Shown here one piece after another: positions 9,054 through 16,564 of a stretch of 40,323 nt of DNA. Position 1 is the first letter of the stretch; each line of letters starts with the position of its first letter. The notes beneath the pieces were generated by a model. That model was not told where the DNA came from. It did not search any database and saw only the letters and a program-made list of their open reading frames with translations. This stretch comes from Candidatus Pacearchaeota archaeon (GTDB taxonomy: Archaea > Nanobdellota > Nanobdellia > Pacearchaeales > GW2011-AR1). The position numbers were made by a program, and so were the translations under genes. The DNA lies in NCBI GenBank assembly GCA_016196285.1, contig JACPXY010000056.1, positions 1 to 40,323 of the forward strand. Reading direction: 5' to 3'.

Positions 9054-9761
9054 ATGCGTAAACCATCGCTTGCAGCGCTGCTGAGTGCAGGTATAATTGG
9101 ACTGACTGGATGCAATTCATTCGATGTTGACCCTGATGCGCCCTTCACCCCGGTATATCGTGCCTTAAACTCAGTCGGCATCCGTAAAGATTTTGTAGGA
9201 AGAATAACAGAGGGAAAATCCATTTTTACTGAACCTGCACGAGAGGAGATTATTGTCTATGCACAGCCTCCTGTTCAGCAGGCGCCTAGAGAGACGCAAG
9301 AACCTCAGAAGCCAGAGTATCCTTCTCTTTCTAGAGCAATGCTCATCACTGACTGGATTGACAGAAACACTGACTATGGTCTAAACCCAGGAGAACTTTG
9401 GATTGACCATAATGAGAATGGCATTATCGATGGAGATGATGAATTTCGCGGTTTCAAGATTGACTGGGCGCGAACAAATCCTTTGAGACTCTACTTCTCT
9501 GTCTTTATTCCTTCAGAAAGTCCACTGTTGAATGCATCCATAGTATACACTATTCGTAAAGCAGACACGCGAGAGGTTGTTATCCATTATCAAGACCTTA
9601 ATATTCTAAAACCTTCTTCTAATAATAGAAAGGTAGCAAGCTTTTCTAGCGCTTTTATCCAGAGTCTCCCTGCTGGAATGTATACATGGGAAGTTGGATT
9701 TACAAATGTACACACCTCTTTTGGAGAATCATTAGCTCGGGGACCTCTGCGACTGCATTAA
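9054..9761 (+). CDS. putative lipoprotein with an EF-hand/dockerin-like Ca-binding loop
   Basis: MRKPSLAALLSAGIIGLTG|C is a lipobox-type signal (L-T-G-C). DHNENGIIDGDDE (nt 9405-9443) matches a D-x-N-x-N-G-x-I-D calcium-loop pattern. Confidence 0.6.
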   Translation: MRKPSLAALLSAGIIGLTGCNSFDVDPDAPFTPVYRALNSVGIRKDFVGRITEGKSIFTEPAREEIIVYAQPPVQQAPRETQEPQKPEYPSLSRAMLITDWIDRNTDYGLNPGELWIDHNENGIIDGDDEFRGFKIDWARTNPLRLYFSVFIPSESPLLNASIVYTIRKADTREVVIHYQDLNILKPSSNNRKVASFSSAFIQSLPAGMYTWEVGFTNVHTSFGESLARGPLRLH

Positions 9762-9773
9762 TATTCGGCAATA

Positions 9774-9781
9774 TTTATAAA
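9774..9781 (+). promoter_or_regulatory. TATA-like box (tttataaa) 21 nt upstream of the B2C start; implies a leaderless or very short-leader mRNA
   Basis: An AT-rich octamer in an otherwise GC-richer spacer. The spacing to ATG 9803 fits archaeal TATA-to-TSS distances. Confidence 0.45.
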
Positions 9782-9802
9782 CAAAGGTTCTCTTGCTAGT
9801 CC

Positions 9803-12235
9803 ATGCACAAAAGAGGGCGTAGCGTAGCTGTTGTTTTCTCCTCCTGTCTGCAGATTTTCCTGCTGGTAAGCATGAGTTTTGCGGTTTCTTTTATATTGAG
9901 TGAGAGCGTTGCTGCACAGACTCCTAATGCTCCTGTACCTCAACAAGCTGCACCCACTATCTCTCCTGGAGGTACACTTCCTCCTGATAGAACTATAATT
10001 GATACTCCCACTCCTCCTCCAAGTTCTCCGAGTTCATTAACTAACCCTAGCGGCGTAAGGACAGGTTTAATAAAAAGCCCTGACTCAATTATCTTCAGTC
10101 ATGATGGTCAACAGTATTTCTATGATGCTGATGAAGCAAGGTATTTCACTGCTGATGGGAGTAAAAGTCTACCAGATGTGCCTGTTGGTGCAACAAAAAT
10201 CCAAGGGTTCTCCAGTACAACAGGCACCAGCACATACAGCTGGACAAGCAAGGGAACTTTCACTCTAAAAGGAGAATCTGTTAATGGGCTAGCAGGTACA
10301 CGCACACTTAATGGTGTTGAACAGAATGTTGTGAACATAAAGGGAAGTATCTATGAAGTTGATGCAAATGGAGTTATTGGTGATAAAGTTGGCCAAGGAT
10401 ACTATAAAGAAGGTCCTTTAGGTTTTGGAGGCACTTACAACTTCTTTCTCGGCAATCTGCTGGAGGGAGTTGTCTGGGCAGCGACTGTTGTCGGCGTGAT
10501 ACAGCTGCTTGGTGCGTTGGGAGGATTTGATGAAGAACTTACAAAATCACTTTCATTGTCTGCAGCAGGAGGCATCATTGGCGGAAAAGCAGCCTATGGC
10601 TTGTTCGGCAAAGCTATCCCAGGCAAGGCAGGAAGCGGTGGAATCTGGAAGCAAGGTCTCTCGCCTAAGGCAGGCATTGCTATTGGCGTGGCAATTGCAG
10701 TAGTTATCTTTTTAGTGACTTATAAAGACGAGAAGACGAAGACTGTTTCATTCCAATGCCTGCCATGGGAGCCTCCGATTGGCGGCGCGCAGTGCGAGAA
10801 GTGCAATCAGGATCCACAGCAGCCGTGCTCTGAGTATCGATGCAAGGCTCTTGGGCAGGCTTGTGAGTTGGTGAACAAAGGAAGTGAAAAAGAACAATGT
10901 GTTTGGGTGAGCAGGAACGATGCAATGAGCCCTACTATTACTCCATTAACCTCTGCATTGTCTGATGGATTGTCGTATAAGCCCTTAGTGGCACGGCCTA
11001 CTGCGCTTGGTACTAGAATTGTCAAAGGGCAGGAAGGGTGCATTGAAGCATTCACCCCGCTTGTTTTCGGCATCCAGACAAATGAACCTGCACAATGCAA
11101 GATAGACTATGAAATCAAGAATTACAGCGAGATGCAGTTCTTCTTTGGTGAGAGCAATTATTACTTGCTTAATCATACTCAACGCATGAAACTGCCCTCT
11201 CCGAGAACTGACGCAGGAGAAACTGCGCCTTTGTTCAAGAATGACGGAACATTTAACTTGTACGTGCGCTGCCAGGATGCAAATGGCAATGTGAATGAAG
11301 ACATTTATACAGTAGAGTTCTGCGTGAATAAGGGGCCTGACACTACGCCTCCTGTCATTGAAAGCACGAGCATCATCACAGGCAGCCCTATTCGCTATAA
11401 AGCTGATAGTACGCCGTTTGCCTTATTCGTTAATGAACCGAGCCAGTGCAAGTGGAGCAGAGAAGACAAAGCATATGACAGCATGGAGAATGTATTGAGC
11501 TGTGATGCCTCTGCTGAGTTGATTAATGCTGAACTACGGTATGCGTGTGAGACAAACCTGACCGGCATCATTGACCGGCAGAATAATGAGTTCTTCTTTC
11601 GATGCAGAGATACTGCAGGAAATACCAATGTAGAAAGTATGCCTCTTCTCTTGCGCGGCAGTCAACCGCTCACGATTCTTGAAGTCAAGCCTAACGGCAC
11701 AATCTTCGGCAGCACTGCAACAGTGCCAGTTGAATTGGAAGTGCTGACTGATGACGGCTCTGATGAAGGCGCTGCGCAGTGCTTCTATAATACCACTCTT
11801 ACTGAAGGGTACCAGAAGATGTTTGAAACGGACAGCTTTGCGCATAAACAAATTCAGGATTTAACTTCTGGAAACTACAAGTATGCATTTAGATGCATTG
11901 ATGCAGGCGGTAATATTGCTGAAGCACAGACCAGCTTTACAGTGGTAGTTGACAAGGATGCACCAATAGTTACTAGAACATATCGAGACACTGCCTTGAA
12001 GATTGTCACGAATGAGGATGCTGAGTGCACATATTCAACGCAGAGCTGCAATTTCAATCTCCTCGAAGGCATACGAATGGAATACTCGAATATACAAACA
12101 AAGAATGCGTTATTCGCCCCGTGGAAGCCAGGACAGACGTATTATATCAAATGCGTTGACAAGTACGGAAATCAGCCGACTCCAGATGTATGCAGTGTGC
12201 TTGTCAGTCCTCGACAATTTGCTCAGCAGAGTTAG
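9803..12235 (+). CDS. surface protein B2C (810 aa), equivalent to the membrane core plus C-terminal ectodomain of B1
   Basis: It has its own signal peptide, a Pro/Ser/Thr-rich linker and a Gly/Ala-rich TM region. VSFQCLPWEPPIGGAQCEKCNQDPQQPCSEYRCKALGQACELVN aligns with B1 VSFQCKPWQAPLGGTNCGKCGSDGRTCTRYACSSLGQTCTLIN. Four modules carrying the C...[RK]C.D..GN pattern follow. Confidence 0.85.
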   Translation: MHKRGRSVAVVFSSCLQIFLLVSMSFAVSFILSESVAAQTPNAPVPQQAAPTISPGGTLPPDRTIIDTPTPPPSSPSSLTNPSGVRTGLIKSPDSIIFSHDGQQYFYDADEARYFTADGSKSLPDVPVGATKIQGFSSTTGTSTYSWTSKGTFTLKGESVNGLAGTRTLNGVEQNVVNIKGSIYEVDANGVIGDKVGQGYYKEGPLGFGGTYNFFLGNLLEGVVWAATVVGVIQLLGALGGFDEELTKSLSLSAAGGIIGGKAAYGLFGKAIPGKAGSGGIWKQGLSPKAGIAIGVAIAVVIFLVTYKDEKTKTVSFQCLPWEPPIGGAQCEKCNQDPQQPCSEYRCKALGQACELVNKGSEKEQCVWVSRNDAMSPTITPLTSALSDGLSYKPLVARPTALGTRIVKGQEGCIEAFTPLVFGIQTNEPAQCKIDYEIKNYSEMQFFFGESNYYLLNHTQRMKLPSPRTDAGETAPLFKNDGTFNLYVRCQDANGNVNEDIYTVEFCVNKGPDTTPPVIESTSIITGSPIRYKADSTPFALFVNEPSQCKWSREDKAYDSMENVLSCDASAELINAELRYACETNLTGIIDRQNNEFFFRCRDTAGNTNVESMPLLLRGSQPLTILEVKPNGTIFGSTATVPVELEVLTDDGSDEGAAQCFYNTTLTEGYQKMFETDSFAHKQIQDLTSGNYKYAFRCIDAGGNIAEAQTSFTVVVDKDAPIVTRTYRDTALKIVTNEDAECTYSTQSCNFNLLEGIRMEYSNIQTKNALFAPWKPGQTYYIKCVDKYGNQPTPDVCSVLVSPRQFAQQS

Positions 12236-12626
12236 CTTCAAAGAACTGTGAGAAGCGCTTTCCTTCTGATCGCACCATCTTGAGACTCACTGCCCAATAT
12301 TTTCCTGTGTCTCTCAGCTGCTCTGGTCTCAGAAAGAACCATCCTGCATGATTGAAGCGGACTGCGATGACCGGATGCAGACCAAGAATGCTCGAGAAGA
12401 GCATGAAATCCTCAACTTGCTGTTTCGTGATATATACTGTAGATTTCTTTGAAGACTTTGCCTCGATAGTGTATCCTTTTCTTCCGAGCTTTGCAGCGAG
12501 TATATCGCACGGCGAATCATCACCGACACCTGAACCTGCCACTCTGACTGCCCGCCAGCCCTGCTCAGTAAACAGCCTCACCAATTCGCGCTCTGCATTC
12601 GAACCTTTTGATTTATTTGACGGCAT
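12204..12626 (-). CDS. hjc: archaeal Holliday junction resolvase Hjc
   Basis: KGSNAERELVRLFTEQGWRAVRVAGSG...DILA...EAKS matches the Hjc nuclease core. Its 3' end overlaps the convergent B2C gene by 32 nt. Confidence 0.8.
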   Translation of the reverse strand: MPSNKSKGSNAERELVRLFTEQGWRAVRVAGSGVGDDSPCDILAAKLGRKGYTIEAKSSKKSTVYITKQQVEDFMLFSSILGLHPVIAVRFNHAGWFFLRPEQLRDTGKYWAVSLKMVRSEGKRFSQFFEANSAEQIVED

Positions 12627-12627
12627 T

Positions 12628-12876
12628 TTATTTATAAATATCTTTTATATGTCCTATTTTAATTACACTTATCATCAATTTCTCCTTATTTAAATCTATG
12701 AACAATCTAAAATCTCCTATTCTTAACTTATATCCTCTTTCTCCAACTAGCTTTATTAAAAAAGCTTCTGGCCTTATTCTTATCTTCTCCAGCCCATTTA
12801 GTATTTGAATTCTTGACTGACTTTCTGATTTATCTAAAAACCTTATTGCCTTCTTAGAAAATTCTATATTATACAT
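12628..12876 (-). CDS. RelE/ParE-superfamily type II toxin
   Basis: 82 aa. MYNIEFSKKAIRFLDK...GERGYKLRIGDFRLFIDLNKEKLMISVIKIGHIKDIY is the typical RelE/StbE pattern. It follows a small upstream ORF directly. Confidence 0.7.
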   Translation of the reverse strand: MYNIEFSKKAIRFLDKSESQSRIQILNGLEKIRIRPEAFLIKLVGERGYKLRIGDFRLFIDLNKEKLMISVIKIGHIKDIYK

Positions 12877-13104
12877 TTATAGGTGGTATCTCTTTTTTAC
12901 CTGCTCTAAACTAAGAGATTCTCCTCTTTTAATCTGCTCTCTTCCTTCTTTTATATCTTTTTTAGTTTCTTCTGATAATTGTATAGTGTCTTCTAAAAGA
13001 TTCCAGATTATCTCTTCGTATGTTTCTTTAAGGAACAACTTTTTATTATTTAAAGCATTTTGCAAGTCTTGACTTATCTGAATAGTTGTATTTACCATAA
13101 CCAA
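12877..13104 (-). CDS. putative cognate antitoxin
   Basis: A 75-aa acidic ORF whose stop abuts the toxin start. The family is not recognisable by eye. The block is AT-rich. Confidence 0.5.
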   Translation of the reverse strand: MVMVNTTIQISQDLQNALNNKKLFLKETYEEIIWNLLEDTIQLSEETKKDIKEGREQIKRGESLSLEQVKKRYHL

Positions 13105-13172
13105 CTATAGTAGGTTATAGTATTTAAATATATCTATATTCTCAAGTTTATGTGGTCTCTCTGTATACAAAA

Positions 13173-13182
13173 CTATAAATAT
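13173..13182 (+). promoter_or_regulatory. TATA-like box (ctataaatat) 22 nt upstream of the trpS ATG
   Basis: Its position relative to ATG 13205 suggests a leaderless transcript. A second box (tatttaaata, 13121-13130) faces the toxin-antitoxin operon. Confidence 0.45.
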
Positions 13183-13204
13183 AGAAGATAGACTAGAGCG
13201 AGCA

Positions 13205-14251
13205 ATGGCATCGAGAATCTTAAGTGGTATGCGACCGACAGGAAAGATCCACATAGGCCACATGGTCGGTGCAATCGACAACTGGATCGAGCTGCAGAAA
13301 AAATATGAGTGCTTCTACTTCGTTGCTGATTGGCATGCGATGACCACTGAAACCGATACCTCTGGGATAAAACAAAACACGGTGGAGATGGTCAAAGATT
13401 GGCTGTCTGCGGGAGTTAATCCCGAGAAAAGCGTTATTTTCATCCAATCATTGGTTCCACAGCACGCCGAGCTGCATATGGTACTTTCAATGCTAAATAC
13501 GCTGCCGAGACTCGAACGATTGCCGACGTATAAGGGACATTTGAAACAAGTTTTAGAGATTACGGACCCTAAGATTGAACCGACTGAAGAACAAATTGAT
13601 CGGGCGCGGAGCAAAATATCCTATGGCTTCGTCGGCTATCCTGTGCTTATGGCAGCAGACATTCTTGCGTATAGGGCTGATGGTGTGCCTGTTGGTGAAG
13701 ATCAGGATCCCCACCTTGAGCTTGCGCGGGAAATCGCTGATAGATTCAACAGACTCTATGGAAATGTGTTTCCAATTCCTGAATCACTGCATACCATCAC
13801 GCCCCGCATTCTGGGTACTGACGGGCGTAAGATGAGCAAGAGTCTGGGCAATGCGATTCATCCGACTGACACACTTGAGGTTATGAGTGCTGGTGTGAGA
13901 AAGATGCTGACTGACCCTCAGCGCTCCAGAAGGGAAATTGGAGGCAATCCGAATGTATGCAGCGTCTATGATCTGCATATGGCTTATACCTCTGAAGAAA
14001 GAAATCTCGAGATACATCAGGCATGCAACACAGCGCAGATAGGATGCACTGAATGCAAACGAGAAGCGGCAGCTCAGATGGCAAAGAAATATGAAGGATA
14101 TGCTGAACGCAGAGCGGTCTGGGATGGTAGAGAAAGACAGATTATCGAAATCCTTATGGAAGGATCGCGGAAAGCGCGGGAAATCGCTGGTGCGACACTC
14201 CAGCAGGTGCGGGAACATCTGCTCATCGACTATGAGAACATTACTGCCTGA
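13205..14251 (+). CDS. trpS: tryptophanyl-tRNA synthetase, bacterial-type, with a C-terminal Cys4 motif
   Basis: RILSGMRPTGKIHIGHMVG (HIGH motif), KMSKSLGN (KMSKS motif), about 348 aa, typical of bacterial TrpRS. Carries C-x21-C-x6-C-x2-C at nt 13958-14056. Confidence 0.85.
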   Translation: MASRILSGMRPTGKIHIGHMVGAIDNWIELQKKYECFYFVADWHAMTTETDTSGIKQNTVEMVKDWLSAGVNPEKSVIFIQSLVPQHAELHMVLSMLNTLPRLERLPTYKGHLKQVLEITDPKIEPTEEQIDRARSKISYGFVGYPVLMAADILAYRADGVPVGEDQDPHLELAREIADRFNRLYGNVFPIPESLHTITPRILGTDGRKMSKSLGNAIHPTDTLEVMSAGVRKMLTDPQRSRREIGGNPNVCSVYDLHMAYTSEERNLEIHQACNTAQIGCTECKREAAAQMAKKYEGYAERRAVWDGRERQIIEILMEGSRKAREIAGATLQQVREHLLIDYENITA

Positions 14252-14836
14252 GTTGATACTCATGCAGCGGGGCTTTTCTGCACAGGAGCTTGCGAAAGTT
14301 CAAGCATTCTATGATGTTGTGCAGCAGAATATCGCTCTGCCTGTTGCTACTATTGTCGATGCGTGCGCAGGAAGCGGTTTGTGTTCTCTCGCATTTCTTC
14401 AGAGAGATGCAAGCCATGCGATACTTATTGATTCCCGGAAGCCTAAGCGCTTCCAACGCATTGCAGATCTCACTGTAACCGGCTCATATATATATACCTT
14501 GAACAATCACTTGCCAAAGTTTCCCTTCCCAATCTGCAGAAACCAGCACTACTTACTGCAATCCATGCCTGCTCCGAGCTATCTGATCAAGTCATTGCCT
14601 TCGGATTGAGGCATCGCCTGCCGTTCGCGCTGTTGACCTGCTGCCATACATCCACTATTCCTGAGTATATACTCCGAAATCCGCCTGATCCACGGCTCTT
14701 GCGGTATCCCTCTAGAGATGTGTATGTCGATTTGCTCCGGCAGAGATATATTGAAGAATGTGGATGGCAATGCATCCGAGCAGAAATACCTCAGAAAATT
14801 ACCCCTCAGAACCGTATCCTGATAGGTATACCGTAG
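14232..14836 (+). pseudogene. SAM-dependent methyltransferase (Methyltransf_32-like), frameshifted
   Basis: The N-part (codon frame of ATG 14232) carries IVDACAGSGLCSL (motif I). The C-part continues only in a frame offset by 2 nt: ALLTAIHACSELSDQVIAFGLRHRLPFALLTCCH (an HAC..L.D motif). That frame is open from 14447, and the first frame stops at 14609. A (TA)5 tract lies in the overlap. Confidence 0.6.
14486..14496. repeat. dinucleotide tract atatatatata ((TA)5) at the methyltransferase frameshift point
   Basis: Read directly from the sequence. Removing one TA unit would join the two reading frames. Confidence 0.8.
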
Positions 14837-14958
14837 TATAAAAGAATTTATAAATCCCTTTATAATGCATCATCTATGAATCAATCACTCATCGCACAGG
14901 TGTATCGGTGGCGATAGCCACATACTAACTCTCTTATCACTGGAGGTATCTCTTTTTT

Positions 14959-15555
14959 ATGGCCTCATCTAGAAAAACTATTCAAACTCCTCATGTTTCT
15001 CTATCCCGTATAGAACGCAAGGGAATCCGTGTTGAGCTCACCCCTATAGAGTTAGATGGTGCAGTTAGTGTTGCATTGCGAGCATTTGGAAGAGGCATGT
15101 CTGCGAGAGAAGTTACCGAGCATGTGCTCCCTGTAGATGTACTCTATCTTGCCTGGAAGGCTGATGTTGTGGTTGGATTCGCGTCGCTCTCGTTTAATCA
15201 ATCCCCTCCTTATTTCGCAGGAACTGTGGTTGATCCGGCACACCAGGGAGAAAAAATATATATGACTCTGGCAAGACAGCGCATCCTCGATACGATTGAG
15301 AGAGGCCATAATTCATTTATGACTAGAACACAAAACCCTGTGATTGAACATGCATTGACTCGTTCTCTGACGAGTCTTGTTGCAGAACAGCATATTAAAA
15401 ATTTTGATATCCGGCGCGAGCTTGCCCCTAAAGTTTATGGGAGAATGCTCACTGCAGAGAGACCATTCAGCAGAGATGAAACAGTGAATACTATTTATGC
15501 ACAATTGAATTACATGAGGGGAGACGCATTTAAATTAACCTTCGTCCTTCAATGA
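14959..15555 (+). CDS. hypothetical protein, possibly GNAT-like acyltransferase
   Basis: GTVVDPAHQGEKIYMTLARQRI weakly resembles GNAT motif A. GGAGGT lies 12 nt upstream of the start. There is an ATGA overlap with the next gene. Confidence 0.4.
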   Translation: MASSRKTIQTPHVSLSRIERKGIRVELTPIELDGAVSVALRAFGRGMSAREVTEHVLPVDVLYLAWKADVVVGFASLSFNQSPPYFAGTVVDPAHQGEKIYMTLARQRILDTIERGHNSFMTRTQNPVIEHALTRSLTSLVAEQHIKNFDIRRELAPKVYGRMLTAERPFSRDETVNTIYAQLNYMRGDAFKLTFVLQ

Positions 15556-16463
15556 ATATTGTCTTTAAACCAATCAGCTCTCCTGATTCCCGACCGCTTG
15601 GATTCCATGTCATGACATTGGGCAAGGGGGTCCCTAAGATCTGCTTTGTGTGTGGAATTCATGGAGATGAGATAACTCCCCATTATCTCATTCAGAAACT
15701 GTGTGCAGTCGAAGAAAAACTGCCCGTTTCTTTGGCAATCGTCCTCGATGCGAACCCGCGTGCGCTTGCTGTACAGCAACGTGAGACTCCTGATGACAAG
15801 CTTGACTTGAATCGGGTCTTTCCAGGCAATCCAGAAGGCAATATCACAGAACGAATCGCCGATGCACTGTACCATTATGTGCAGGAGTTTGAACTAATAA
15901 TTGAATTACACACGTTTGAAAGAATGGATATGGAAGCTTTCTGCATTATCCCGACTGCAGATGGAACTTTGAATGAACGCGCACTAGATATCCTGGCAGG
16001 ATTTGAACCCTGGTATGTGTGGAAACCGAACATCCAAACGAATTCCGAGGGAAAGTATAAAGGCGCTTTGGGAACCACTCTTGCCGGCAGCGGGAAGCCT
16101 GCATTTGTGATTGAATTCCCCTCGGTACGTGTGCTGAACGATAAAGAATTGGATATGTATGCCGAGCGATTGATACGCATGCTTTCAGGAATAGGAGCTC
16201 CTGTGCAAAGAAACTTCCACCTCATTGAACGGATTGAGGGAAAAGCCCCGACTGCAGGATTGTTCACACCTTGTGCTCGTTTGCATATCGAAGTAAAACC
16301 AGGAGAGTGCATTGGGGAACTCTTCTCGATTGAGAATGGAGAGCGAACAGAAGTCTGTGTAAGTAGTGCAGGTATACTCTTCCAGATACGTCATCGTGGT
16401 CTGGTAAAAAAAGATGAGCCACTTTACGCTCTAGGTGTACCGGCAGGAGGCGCGCATGAATAA
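15552..16463 (+). CDS. succinylglutamate desuccinylase/aspartoacylase (AstE/AspA, M14-like) family protein
   Basis: CGIHGDE...NPRAL...DLNRVFPGNPEGNITERIA...ELHTFE matches the Zn-ligand and family motifs. Confidence 0.7.
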   Translation: MNIVFKPISSPDSRPLGFHVMTLGKGVPKICFVCGIHGDEITPHYLIQKLCAVEEKLPVSLAIVLDANPRALAVQQRETPDDKLDLNRVFPGNPEGNITERIADALYHYVQEFELIIELHTFERMDMEAFCIIPTADGTLNERALDILAGFEPWYVWKPNIQTNSEGKYKGALGTTLAGSGKPAFVIEFPSVRVLNDKELDMYAERLIRMLSGIGAPVQRNFHLIERIEGKAPTAGLFTPCARLHIEVKPGECIGELFSIENGERTEVCVSSAGILFQIRHRGLVKKDEPLYALGVPAGGAHE

Positions 16464-16564
16464 GAACAAAGGTTTAAATATAGTCGACATGCGTCAAGGG
16501 CAGATGACGTTACATATGTACCGCTCCGCCACTCACTGGCATTAGATAGGTATCTTTACCTTAA

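Noticed and set aside
16489-16545. Classical trp attenuator upstream of trpE
   Set aside because: There is only one Trp codon. I could find no convincing terminator/antiterminator pair, and the first ATG (16489) lies too close to the TATA box to be transcribed. It is retained only as a low-confidence note.
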